DNA of 46,889 nt from assembly GCF_006345805.1 (NCBI RefSeq), contig NW_021829899.1, positions 1-46,889 of the forward strand, written 5' to 3'. This stretch comes from Octopus sinensis. Taxonomy: Eukaryota. The translations under genes were made by a program, and so were the position numbers. Under the pieces are notes generated by a model. The model saw only the letters and a program-made list of their open reading frames with translations, did no database searches and was not told where the DNA came from. Below, one piece after another: positions 12,801 through 25,437 of the stretch (its first letter is position 1; each line of letters begins with the position of its first letter).

Positions 12801-12842
<42 letters not shown>

Positions 12843-13105
12843 ATCGATACAGGTACATGCATATATGCACACATATGCAGGAAGTGTGTAAGAATAACCG
12901 TAGGTTTTTCAATGTTAATAACGGTTAATCAAATTAACCCCAACGAGTTAGCATACACAATGTTATTTGGCTTTTAGTTTCTGTCCACACTGTTGGGAAA
13001 ATCATTTCATATTTTACATGTATGTATGTATGTATGTATGTATGTATGTGATTTACGTATGTGTATATATATGTGTGTATATATGTATGTATATATATAT
13101 ATAGG

Positions 13106-13138
<33 letters not shown>

Positions 13139-13245
13139 ATATATACATATGTATATATCGACACATATATCACATATATATACATACATATATACAAATG
13201 TATATATATATTAATATATATATATATGTGTGTGTGGAGAGATAG

Positions 13246-13294
<49 letters not shown>

Positions 13295-13652
13295 GAGAGG
13301 GAGAAAGAATGAAGAAAAAAGAATGAATCAAGTGTGAAAGCAAGGAAAAAGAAGGAAAGTGAGGAGTTAATAGAGTTGCTCGTAAAAATGGTGTTGTTGT
13401 TACTATTGTTGGTGGTGGCAGTGGTGTTGGTAGTGGTAGCACTAGTGTTGAAGTCGCCGGTGTTGGCGCTAGTTGTCATTAGGAAGGTGATAAGAAGGAG
13501 ATCCATAGCAACAACGATGACATCGTCAACAACGACAGCAACATCATCAGTATTAATAAGATGAAAGTCTACAATCACGAAGAACAAACCAACCAACAAA
13601 CAAAAACAATAACAAAACTAACAACAATATTATTATTATTATTATTATTATT

Positions 13653-13889
13653 CTATGTTTGACTTCTGCTTTATGTCTGTACAAGTTGGCTCCAAGTCTC
13701 ACCCAGAGACCTCAAGAGACAACAGGTTGGAAGTGCTGTGCCATATATTTGGGGGTTTTTTTTCTTCCCTTTTTTTGGTCTTGTACTAGTCAGTGTCTAA
13801 TACATAAAAAAAATAATAAATAAATAAATAAATAAAAAATAAAAAAAAGTTTGTTTTAAACCTTGGGATTACATAGAGAGTATTTTGCA

Positions 13890-13891
<2 letters not shown>
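13653..13891 (-). mobile_element. 3' terminus of a Dong/R4-like LINE in (AAT)n
   Basis: Minus strand reads ..ICKILSM* (compare LRRALSM* ending at 15766), then a UTR; (ATT)n on both sides. Confidence 0.65.
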
Positions 13892-13923
<32 letters not shown>

Positions 13924-14509
13924 AAAATGACAACAGTGAAGACAAAGGGGAGATAAACAGTAACAGCAACCACAACAGAAATCGTACCAAGATCACACAT
14001 TAACGGTTAAGGAGACGATTATTTTTGCATGGTAGTGTCGTTGGTTTAATGTATGACTGATATACCACAGCAGAAGTTGGTAAAAGACATAAAGAGATTG
14101 TTTTAATATTTGTTTTTTTAAATATAGAAGAAGAGAGAAGGAAAGATTAGAGAGAAAATATATTGATCGTGATCCAAATTGTAAATTTTACTGAGAATAC
14201 CAAGATGAGGATGATGATGATGGTGATGATGATAATGAAGATGATGATCCTCATAATCATCATCATCATCATATCTTCCTCCTCCTCTTCATCATCATCA
14301 AAGTAATGCGAAATGAAAATGAAAAACGGAAAGAATATAAAATTGATGTCTTCTCATTTCGATAGTAGTAGTAGTAGTAGTAGTAGTAATAGTTGTAGTA
14401 ATTTCAAATTTTAGCACTTGGCTAGTAGATTTTGATGGAAGGGCAAGTTGATTACATCAACCCCCCACTAATTGACTGGTACACACAATAAACATAATAA
14501 AAAAATAAA

Positions 14510-14554
<45 letters not shown>

Positions 14555-14556
<2 letters not shown>

Positions 14557-15939
14557 GGTGTTTACTATAAATTCCTTAGCAGTTCCAGTTGTTACTTATA
14601 GCTACAATGTGTTGAACTGGAATATGAGTGAAGTAAAGAATATAGATAGGAAAATACGCAAGCTGCTGAGTTGTAATAGGATGCACCACCCAAAGGAGAC
14701 GTAGATCGCCTTTACCTCCCCAGAGCCCAAGGAGGTCGAGGCCTGATCCAATTTGAACTAGCTTACAAAACAACCACAATTGGACTGGCCAAATATCTCG
14801 AAATATCGAATGACTGGATGCTAAAGCTCGTGAAAATCACGAGAGACGAAAGAAGCTTCATTCTATCTAAAGGAAAGCAAAAAATTTGCTATTGATCTCG
14901 TGCAGGATACCCAAACTGAACAACCCGAGGGAAGTACGGCAACTATTGTTGCAAAGAAGGTGAAAATGATGGCAACGAAAAAGCGCACGAGCAATTGGCT
15001 GATAGGTGGGAGGAGAAACCTCTACACGGCAAATATGTGACCCGCAGAAACAAGCTGATGTTGACCAGAAGCAAACCCATCAGTGGCTACGGAGCTCAGG
15101 GCTAAAAGCAAAGAGCGAAGGTTTTCATCCTGGCTGCTCAAGATCAAAGCCTATTAACCCGGAACTACCAGGCCAATGTGATGAAAAATGGAGCAGACCC
15201 AAAATGCCGATTCTGCAACGACATGATTGAAACAGTGGACCACCTAATCTCTGGATGTAAAGTCTAGCACCAGTGGAGTATAAATTAAGACATGACAGAG
15301 TTGGCCACTATCTACACTGGCTAATAAGTCGGCATTACAATATCAAAACTGCGACAAGTGGTATAATCACCACCCTGAGGCTGTAACTGAAGGAGAAAAT
15401 GTACCATTCTATGGGACTTTCCAGTACATACAGACCGAACCATCAAGGCCAATAAACCAGATATTGTTGTGAAAGACCAAAACAATAAAGTTTGCTTATT
15501 GATCGACATGAGCATCCCCTGCGATCATAATATCTCAGCGAGAAGAGTTTGACAAGCTCAGAAAAAATAAAGACCTACTCATTGAAATTGAGAAAATGTG
15601 GCATCTCAACGGGTTACAATACCAGTGATCGTAGGAGCACTAGGAATGATCAAGAAGGGGACCAAAATTATATGAGAATGATCCTGGCTTACCATCCCTG
15701 CAAGAAGTGCAAAAGATTGTCTTAACTGGTACATCGCACGTATTGAGAAGAGCATTGTCGATGTGATAACTGTTGCTGCTCATGTATTTAATTTAACTTA
15801 AAAAAAAAATTTTTTTTTAATGAACGAACTATTGAGTTTGGTTTAATGGCCTACCAATGTATACTATGAGTTTCTTTGCCCTAGGAGTCGGGAAGACTCT
15901 CGGAAAGAAATGGAAGCAAATTTGAAAGAAGAAAAAAAA

Positions 15940-15940
<1 letters not shown>
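14555..15940 (+). mobile_element. 5'-truncated R4/Dong-clade LINE: RT thumb, CCHC knuckle, restriction-like endonuclease, 3' UTR; frameshifted
   Basis: Across frames: INSLAVPVVTYSY, MHHPK..VDRLYLPR.QGGRGL, LAAQDQSL.TRNYQ, CRFCNDMIETVDHLISGC, RHDRV, ILWDFPVHTDRTIKANKPDIVVKD..CLLIDMSIP, PVIVGALG; stop at 15764-15766; (AAT)n on both sides. Confidence 0.93.
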
Positions 15941-16008
<68 letters not shown>

Positions 16009-16009
16009 C

Positions 16010-16563
16010 CCCTAATGCAGTACCAGACAGTGGCTTTCATGGCTTCTCATCTTAAGTGATTGGCATTGTTATGTACATTGTTTTGTATTGGTATTAGTGA
16101 TAGGTTACAGCAAATATTCTGCTCAATACCACAGATTTGCTTGTCAGTTGTTTGACCTTCATCAGTTGAGCATGTCCCTTTGTGGCTGACAATATGAACA
16201 TCTCTGATCACGAGGAACAGAAGTAGTGGGGAAGCATCACAGTCATGTATTGAGAGGAATTTTCTGGGGTTTGGATAATTCACCTTTGGAAATACGGGTG
16301 TTTTGTTCAACATCCTTAAGCAACCCTTATTCAGGGACCTTTTGAGCAGAATGGGCTACTCGACCCGCAGAAAATTCTAACTGTGTCCCACCTGCAAGGT
16401 CATGCGCTGTTTATCTTGCTATGAGATCACCATGTCGTGCACATATGGTTGTGATGCATGTACCTGGTGTACCCTTAACAGAAGGGTAGTCATGATGGGT
16501 ATACTGGGCTTCGTATATGTTACCCTAGAGTCACTTTGATGGCATGCAGTGCCCTCTCGCTCA
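16010..16563 (+). mobile_element. Second copy of the ~535-bp (AAT)n-associated element
   Basis: Reverse complement of 1687-2221. Confidence 0.75.
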
Positions 16564-16579
16564 ATAATAATAATAATTA

Positions 16580-17065
16580 AGTACTTACAGCTATAAATAT
16601 CTGAGAGTACTTGAGGCAGTTGGATTCAAACAAAAAGAAAAGGCAATAGGAAATTATCTGCAGCGAGTCACCAAAATAATAGCTTCAAAGCTGAATGCCA
16701 GAAACATAATGTCGGCAATAAACTCGCGCGCAGTCGCAGTAGTTCGGCATGGCGCTGGAATCCTGAAGCGGACCGAGGAGGAGCTAAAGGAGATGCTCAA
16801 GAAGTCAAGAAAGCTCCTAGCAATGCAGGGAACCCATCATCCACGCACAGACACTGACCGCCTATACATGAAGAGAACTGATAAGTGTGGAAGACTGCAT
16901 ACGAATCGATCTCGAGAGATTAAAGAGATACCTAGCCGAAAGTAAGGAAACCTTGCCAGCGTCAGTAAGGAACGAGTGATTATTGGAAGCAGAGAGAAAA
17001 AAAAAGGAAAAACGAAGGAAGAAGTACAAAAAAGACAGGAAGTATAATAACGCAAGAAGGGACTA
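16580..17065 (+). pseudogene. R4/Dong-like reverse transcriptase C-terminal/thumb fragment
   Basis: YKYL...SKLNARNIMSAINSRAVAVVRHGAGIL..TEEELKEM..KSRKLL...HHPRTDTDRLYMKR. Confidence 0.85.
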
Positions 17066-17266
17066 CACAATCAATTCCATGTAACCACAATCCCAGATTA
17101 ATATTTCTCATACATATTTCCCAGGGGTCGACGATATAATAAATGCAGTAAGTTTGCAGAACCACAATCGTGTTCCGGTATAAACATAACTAAACATACA
17201 TACAAGCATACAAACATATATTTTGTAATATATGTAGCCAAATTAACAACTGATTGTGTGTATATA

Positions 17267-17648
17267 CAAGGGTGAGTAAAAAAATAATGATATTTTGTTT
17301 AGGAGAGGTATAATTACCTGTCACTGGAATAATTTAGCGCCTTCAGGCTATCATCTGTTCGACCCCATGAATGAGGGTTTGAGAGAGGCAAACATTACTC
17401 CAGTGACGAGGAAGTGAAAATAGTATTGAAGATGTGGCTCAAAGAACAGTCAACAGAATTTTACGGGGCAAGGATACATACTCTCATTTGAAGGTGGAAC
17501 ATTGCTATTGAGAGAAACGGTGACTATGTTGAGGAGTAGGGATGTGATCCACAGAGGACCAGCTTCATTTTGATGTATGATACATGTTCCTGTGTAGATA
17601 ATTATACCTGTCCTAAACAAAATGATATTACTTTTTGACTCACCCTTG
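17267..17648 (+). mobile_element. Internally deleted mariner element with both TIRs and TA target-site duplication
   Basis: TA|CAAGGGTGAGT... / ...ACTCACCCTTG|TA with ~50-bp imperfect TIRs. Internal LAPSGYHLF and SDEEVK..LKMWLKEQSTEFY..RW..AIERNGDYVEE* match the mariner transposase C-terminus. Confidence 0.92.
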
Positions 17649-18485
17649 TAATATTAACTTCATTTAAGTTATTCCAAAAATATTTCGTTGACATTCTACC
17701 AGATCGCGTCGAAGTATAACGGGTCTAGGATCATATTTCTTTTCGCTTGAAGATCACAATAGTACACTGATACAAAGGTGGAGTGGAGCGACTAACGTTC
17801 TGTTCAATTTCGATAATAAAACCTGTATTGTGTATATTATATATATATATATATTATATAATATATATATTAATAATGTGTGTGTGTGTGTGTGTGTGTG
17901 TGTTGTGTGCGCGCGCGTGTTGTAAGATCCAAGGATCGAATTGTAGAAGGTAGCTTCAAGCAAAGCGTAGAACATATATTTATAACAAACAAACTCCAAG
18001 AACAATAATGCTTTATTGAAGAAGAAGGTTGTCTATTTTTCCTGTATCGAAGTATGCTAAACTGAAAAAAGTGTTTTATAATTCACGGTAGGCAGGCAGG
18101 GCTGACAGGAATGCGAATAAAATACGAGAGTTATGGAACGGAGGAGATATTCTGATCGAATCGTCTGTGTGTTGACATGTACCTCCTCACAACAATGTAA
18201 AATTCATTTAAAATCAAGATACCCTCGGTCTGAAGAGTACCCCGCGCTATACATCCCGCTTGGATATTTACCACTTCTGCGGTTCCCCTAACTCGGATAT
18301 TATCTGCACCATTCCTTAACTCTTGTGTGTGCGAGTATAATTTGCTAGGCGTAATTCTCATCACTGACCACGTCATAACATTAACATATAATTAAGAGAC
18401 AAATAACATGTCTCATCATTATATATTATAATTTTTCAAATTCACAGCGCAAGCCGAACTAATCTTCTATATTTTAAGCGTGTGT

Positions 18486-18529
<44 letters not shown>

Positions 18530-18567
18530 TGACACATATAGATACATACATACGTACTTACATAATA

Positions 18568-18950
18568 TTCTTTTATTCTTTTATTTGTTTCAGTCATTTG
18601 ACTGATGCCATCACAAATCGACCACAGGAGTTATTCATTTTATGTCTAGTACTTATTCTATCGGTGTCTTATGCGGAATTACTAAGTTACGGGGACGTAA
18701 ACACAACAACAGCGATGATGGGGGACAAACACAGACACACACACGCACCCCCCCCGTATATATATATACATATATATGTATGTATGTATACGATGGGCGT
18801 TTCTCAGTTTCCATCTGTCAAATCCACTCACGGGTTTTGTCGGCCCGAGGGTATAGTAAAGACACTTGCCCAAGGGACCATACTGGGGACTGAACACGGA
18901 ACAATTTGGTTGGGGAACAAGCTACTTACCACACACCACTCATTGGCCTA
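18568..18950 (-). mobile_element. SINE family X with internal microsatellite
   Basis: Reverse complement of 23031-23435. Confidence 0.8.
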
Positions 18951-19072
18951 CTTCTATATATATATATACGTACACTACACACACACACGCAATATATATA
19001 TATAATATATATATATATATAATATATAGTTCATACATATATATTTATGTATATATATTATATACATGTGGT

Positions 19073-19111
<39 letters not shown>

Positions 19112-19400
19112 ATACACCTGTCACATACTCATGCATATGTTGTTAGATGTGTTGGTTAGTTTTTCATACACGTATAGTTGATAAAGCCATTACACGTGTA
19201 ATGGCGTAATAAATACGAGGTAGAAAAAATCTAGCATTTTAATGACAGGAATAAAGGAATGCGGTGAATAATATATCAACCCTTACAAGTTGGAAAGAAT
19301 GAAGGAATGACGGCTGGTGTAATCAATGACAGTTGCCTCAATGCATGGAAGGAAATAGGAAAGAACAATGAGGCGGAAAAGACCAGTATGGCAATAATAA

Positions 19401-19474
<74 letters not shown>

Positions 19475-19975
19475 GTAATAATACTAATAATAATAGTAAT
19501 AATAATAACAACAATAATAATAATTTTATTACTCTGATTTTTATTATTCTTATTATTATTGTTGTTGTTGTTGTTGTTTATTGTTCTCTTTAGAATTACT
19601 ATTGCCATGGAGCAAACGTATTCATATATATATACATAAAAAGGAACGTACGCGCAGCTATGATGTAATCGCATTTCGATTGGTTGGATGCATCCACGTA
19701 GTGTATATGATTATATACATACATAAATGCATACATGCATACATGTATATATGCGTATGTATGTGTGTGCTTGTATATGTATGTATATATATGTATATGT
19801 ATATATAATATATATATATTATATATAATATTATATACATATTTCTATATACCTATATACTATATACATACATATATGTTGTTATATATATATATATCTA
19901 TATATATATATTTATATATTTATACATACACCACATACACACACATCACACACACACAACACTACATATTATATA

Positions 19976-20032
<57 letters not shown>

Positions 20033-20083
20033 AGATAGATTCAGGGAGTTTGAGTGGAGGAGAGATAGATAAAGACAGAGAGA

Positions 20084-20340
20084 TACGAGGTGGTACCCAA
20101 AATTAAATGGAATCTTTCCCTGTTGGACAAACCTGCTGTAATTCAGGCTTCCACTGCCAGAAGCCGCATGATCGACTCTCAGTTATCAGCCTGCCGATTG
20201 GCGTCGTCGGGTGTGGTTACTCTTGGGAACAAGGTGTTTCCATGTATTTGTTTTTAGGTTCGGGAAAACGCCGGCCGAAACGGTTTTCATGATTTAAATG
20301 TCTTAAAATAACGCTGCGATGAGCAAAACACAACTTTTAA
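20084..20340 (+). mobile_element. Mariner-like 5' end relic
   Basis: TACGAGGTGGTACCCAAAA TIR-like start and a decayed N-terminal HTH (GKTPAETV...AAMSKTQ). No right end found. Confidence 0.55.
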
Positions 20341-21154
20341 AAATATCGAATGACGTAACATTTTGTCAAGAAGTTTTGTTCGCTATGTCAAGCGCATTTC
20401 AACGTTGATAGCTTTGCATATAATACGTGTGTATGAAAAACTTCAAAAGAAAAAGCAGCATATGTACGTTGTTCCTAAGTTTTAATATTTTCTACAATGC
20501 ATTAAAGAATTTATAATTAAAGAAAACCTTTCTTCAAATATATACGCAGATACACAAGCACAGCATCGTCCATCCTACATATCCACCCTCCAAGGTAGGA
20601 TGAAAATGATACTGGACAAAGATGTCTGAAAATATGTGTGCGTATCTGCGTATCTGTTTGAATATATTTGTTTCAACCATCCTTTCACAGCCTGTTTTAT
20701 TTACGTCATCGTAACCTACCGAATCGGCAAAGAAACCGATGGAAAAAGGCACATGTTTCAAAGAGTAAATGCTTCGTTCGACTAGTTAATAACCTTCAAC
20801 AAGACGCTGTTCCATATGCCCACTGTCCGATGACTGAAAGAACAAAGCTGGAATATACATACATACATACATACATACATACATACATACATACATACAT
20901 AAATACATACATACATACATACATAGATAAATACATACATACATACATACATACACATATAAAGCCTATCATATATTGATCGGCGAGTCCATATAAATAG
21001 AAAGGAAGGAAGATGGGAATGGTTATAGCGAGTATAGAAATATATAGCAGTGTTTCAAAACACGTCTTTCAGTTACTGGGCTTCATGAGCTAACTACCTG
21101 TAAGTAGCCCGTGAGACTAAGTCGTATAGAACTGAATCAAACCTTTTTCTCATA

Positions 21155-21548
21155 TCTTTACATATAAAAGAGAGGTTGTGTGCTGTCTGTCTCCTACGAT
21201 TTAGATTCCTAACTACTCCCACATTTTGCGGTGCAGTTTAACCAAAACCGGGTATCTTATAGTCGTGATTCATATCGAGCCCTTCTGGCTATTAGCGCGC
21301 GTCTACGATGAGTCTGCGATTTAAAAAAAAAATTACCATCAATTTTTCCCATTTTTAATGCATTTTTGGCATATATAAGGGAAGTAACTCTCTAAAATTT
21401 ATTAAATCTCAGAGCGTAAAAAGCTACAGTAACACCCCCCCCCGTTGTGGTTAGGCATATTGAGATGGCTATTATACTTTACATCTCTAAAAATGCTTAT
21501 ATAGTTATTTCCCTTACAAATCCGAGCAACGCCGGACGATACTGCTAG
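21155..21548 (+). mobile_element. Complete non-autonomous Helitron (~394 bp)
   Basis: A|TC start, hairpin TCCGAGCAACGCCGGA at 21521-21536, CTAG|T end, A-T insertion site, no TSD. Confidence 0.88.
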
Positions 21549-21869
21549 TTAAATATGTTTGAGTGCCACATTGTTTCATTTGTCCACTGACTAGTATAAA
21601 TATGTTGAATTATTCTACAACCAGCTTAATTATGTCTTTATGTTCAAAGGGGACACATCCCTAATTTTCATTTTATTTTGATTAGTTTATTTCCCCGTTT
21701 TGTTTTTTTCCCTTTCCACTTTTTTCCTCTACCTTCTCGTTTTGTCTTGTGATTTCTCTTGTTCCAAAGTCTTGATTTGTAAATTAAATAACCATGAGAA
21801 CAAACAATAGACGAGTACTTACGACTTCATATTCTTAATTCCTTTGTGTACATTCGTTGATAATAATTA

Positions 21870-22195
21870 TTAATAAGTGAACTCAGAAGGTGTAAACCAT
21901 CACCAAGGCAACGCCAACGTCCTCTCAACGATTAGCCCGAGATGATTTTTAAAATAAGAATATTTGAAATAATCACGACAGCTCTCAGAAATGAGAATAT
22001 TAAAAATGAACACGACCACTCTCAAAAAAAAAAAACAGGAATCGTTCCAGTACCGGATTGATTCCAAAATCTAATCAGTTTGTTCCAGTCACGAGGCGAA
22101 ACATCCCTGAAAATTACATCCCAATCCAATCAGCGGCTCTTGAGACATCTTGTCCACGGATATACAAACAAACACGACTGAAAACGAGGTAATAA
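21870..22195. mobile_element. Probable Helentron/DINE-1-like non-autonomous element
   Basis: Motifs AAACC..CACCAAGG, CCAAAATCTAATCAGTT, AAATT.CATC..AATCC, ACAAACAAAC and terminal GAGGTAATAA recall this class. Degenerate. Confidence 0.45.
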
Positions 22196-22507
22196 ACTAA
22201 CTACTAAGGCTGGGCTTTTGTGGACGTACTTTATGAATAGATCAGCATGTGATCGCTTAATAATTATTCATTTAAGCTTTCTGTAAGGTAAACAGTTTTA
22301 CAACACAATGATGTCTGACTGTTAATAATTCATTTCTTCTTAGTCCTGTATATAGAGAGTGCCTTGTTCTTTCACCGCCGATTATGTTTCACTATGGACG
22401 CAAAAATGCGTGTTTACTAAATGCAGCCGTGTATATTTATTTACGATATATTCCCATAAGCAAGCTGCCGCAGTATGTATATTAATTTTAATATAAATAT
22501 CGATATT

Positions 22508-22700
22508 AAGGCGGCAAAGCGACAGAATCGTTACCGCAAAATACTTTGTGGAATTTCGTCCGTCTTTACGTTCTGAGTTCAAATTCCGCCGAGGTCGACG
22601 TTGCCTTTCATCAAATCGGGGTCGATAGATTAAATATCAGTTGAACCCTGGAGTAGATCAAATACGCCCTCCGCTAAAATTTCTGGCTTTGTGCCAGCAA
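22508..22700 (+). mobile_element. SINE family Y monomer
   Basis: AGGCGGC head, GAGTTCAAATTCCGCCGAGGTCGAC, a single central block, tail GGCTTTGTGCC. Confidence 0.8.
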
Positions 22701-23030
22701 TTTTGGGGGAAGGAGTAATAATATCTATCTGCCTGTCTGTCTATCTATACGTACATATCAACTTATAAGGCATGATACAGCGGCCAGAAGAGTCGGACGT
22801 TTGAAATTTGCTCACTTATCAGTGTTCACTAAAATAGTTTACAGAAAATATAGCTGTAATCCCGAGGGAAAGAAGCTGATAAGTAACATTCCGATGTTGC
22901 ATCCTACACTAGTATCTTTGATCAAAATTTTCTTTTCTTAAATCTGAAATAACAGGGCTGTTTATTTATCACATGTAACAGGTTTGCTTGTTTTTGATTT
23001 GTCTGCTTTTAAAGTCCATTTACGAACATA

Positions 23031-23435
23031 GGCGTAGGAGTGGCTGTTTGGTAAGTAGCTTCCTTGCCAACCACATGGTTCCTAGTTCAGTCCCATTGCG
23101 TGGCACCTTGGGCGAGTGTCTTCTACTCTAGCCTCGGGCCGACCAAAGCCTTGTGAGTGGATCTGGTAGACAGAAACAGAAAGAAGCCCGTCGTATATAT
23201 GTATATATATGTATGTGACTGTGTATATGCTTGTATGTCTGTGTTTGTCACCTCGACATTGCTTGACAACCGATGCTGATGTGTTTACGTCCCCGTAACT
23301 TAGCGGTTCGGCAAAAGAGACCGATAGAATAAGTGATAGGTTTACAGAGAATAAGTCGTGGTGTCGATTTGCTCGACTAAAGGCGGTGCTCCAGTATGGC
23401 CCCAGTCAAATGACTGAAACAACTAAAAGAAAAAA
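23031..23435 (+). mobile_element. SINE family X, full-length
   Basis: Head GGCGTAGGAGTGGCTG..TGGTAAG, B-box-like AGTTCAGTCCC, internal (TA/TG) repeat, tail AAATGACTGAAAC plus A-rich end; several copies in the window. Confidence 0.88.
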
Positions 23436-23899
23436 CAACTGGAATTAGAAACTGGAAAATGGCGGTTAGCAATATATTACAAGAATAATCGTGTAACAAA
23501 TAAAAAATACGTTAGCGGTTTAATTTTAAAAAAAATCTCCATTGTATTATTTAATCTGATAATCTGATCATATACTGCCCATTTTTGGATCAATATTTGA
23601 TGTGGTCGGGTAATCTAAACACCTGACGAATTAATGCTTAGTATTGCCTCAACCGCTTCCAAAACGCTTTCCCGCCATTGGCTGACGTAATAACGCACCA
23701 TTAATTGGATGTCTGGTTAGACTTAAATTTACTGTGATTGGCTGGTAGGGTTATTCAACATTAAGCATAGCAATTGAGATGCAATAAATATGGTGCATTT
23801 AATCTTTATGGTTTAAGATTGCATTCATCGTTAACCAATAAAAAAATATAATCGGTGCTTTTCATCAGTTTATCTATTTGGCAATCTATCCCAAGAATC

Positions 23900-24040
23900 A
23901 TGTTGCAGAATAAAACATGGAACTCTTATGACGTGGAATTCAAGCTGAAAGTAATGGAGTATGCCAAACAAATCTCAAACCATGAAATCGGATGGAAGAT
24001 AGGCATCGCAGAAATAAAATTGTCAGAAAATGTAGATGAA
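23900..24040 (+). pseudogene. pogo-type transposase N-terminal (Brinker-like) DNA-binding domain relic
   Basis: SYDVEFKLKVMEYAKQISNHEIGWKIGIAE fits the SY..FKLKV..YA...N....KF.V.E pattern. No DDD domain follows. Confidence 0.65.
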
Positions 24041-24189
24041 AGAATGGCAAGATTAGGTATACCTTATCGCATTCTGCGAGAAAATTTAGATCTCAGATGG
24101 CTCTTTGTAGTGAAAGTGAAATGGAATTTAGAAATTTTTTTTTCAAATGACTCTATTGTCACACATGCAACTATTTGCCTTCTATGTTC

Positions 24190-24636
24190 ACATACATACA
24201 TCGGTATGTATACATACATACATACATACATACATACATACATACATACATACATACATAGATATATACTACATACATAATACATACATACATACATGCA
24301 TACATACATACATACACATACATACATACATCATACATACATACATACAACATACATACATACATAATACATACATACATACATACATACATACATACAT
24401 GCATGCATACATACACCATACATACATACATGCATGCATACATACATACATACATACGTACATACATAGATACATACATACATGCATGCATGCATACATA
24501 CATACATACATATATACATACATACATACATACATACATAGATACATATATATACATACATACATAAATACATACATACATACATACATACATACATGCA
24601 TGCATACATACATACATACATACATACATGCATGCA

Positions 24637-24670
<34 letters not shown>

Positions 24671-24682
24671 CATACATATATA
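24190..24682. repeat. ~490-bp (TACA)n microsatellite
   Basis: Directly visible. Confidence 0.97.
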
Positions 24683-25010
24683 TTCTTTAATTTTTTCTAT
24701 TTGTTTCAGTCATTTGACTGCGGCCATGCTGGAGAACCGCATTTAGTAGAGCAAATCGACCCCAGGACGTATTCTTCGCAAGCTTAGTGCTTATTCTATC
24801 GGTGTCTATTGACAATCCACATCGCGACATGGTGGTTTCAATTCTTGGACCCAGTCGTGTGTTGGGATCTTGAGCAAAACACTTCATCTCTCGTTACTTT
24901 GCGATCACTTCGAGAGCTGGCGCATAGTACACCGTGCACCTGTTCAGGCAGCGTCTATTTGAAGAAAGGAGTGAGGTAATATACAGCGCATACATTCATT
25001 TGTGCAGGTT
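24683..25010. mobile_element. Family X 3' half (minus) fused to a headless CORE-like SINE (plus)
   Basis: TTTCAGTCATTTGACTGCGGCCATGCTGGAG to ~24810, then GGTTTCAATTC...TCTTGAGCAAAACACTTCAT. Confidence 0.7.
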
Positions 25011-25095
25011 TGCTCAATAACAAATTGCAAAAAAATGTCTTTCACGAAATACGAAGTATTGCCATCACACACACACACACCACACACACACACAC

Positions 25096-25182
<87 letters not shown>

Positions 25183-25221
25183 TGTGTGTGTGCATGTGTG
25201 TTTGTGAGTGTAGACGTACAT

Positions 25222-25270
<49 letters not shown>

Positions 25271-25384
25271 GTATAGTATAGTGGCTCACGGCCACATTTA
25301 GAAATAGCATCGTTCTTTTATATTTTTATATAAAAATAGACATTTATATATCTATATCATTATATGTATACACACACGCACACA

Positions 25385-25437
<53 letters not shown>

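Noticed and set aside
18131-18376. 81-aa non-repetitive ORF on the minus strand
   Set aside because: No recognisable motif or convincing splice signals; length is within chance expectation.
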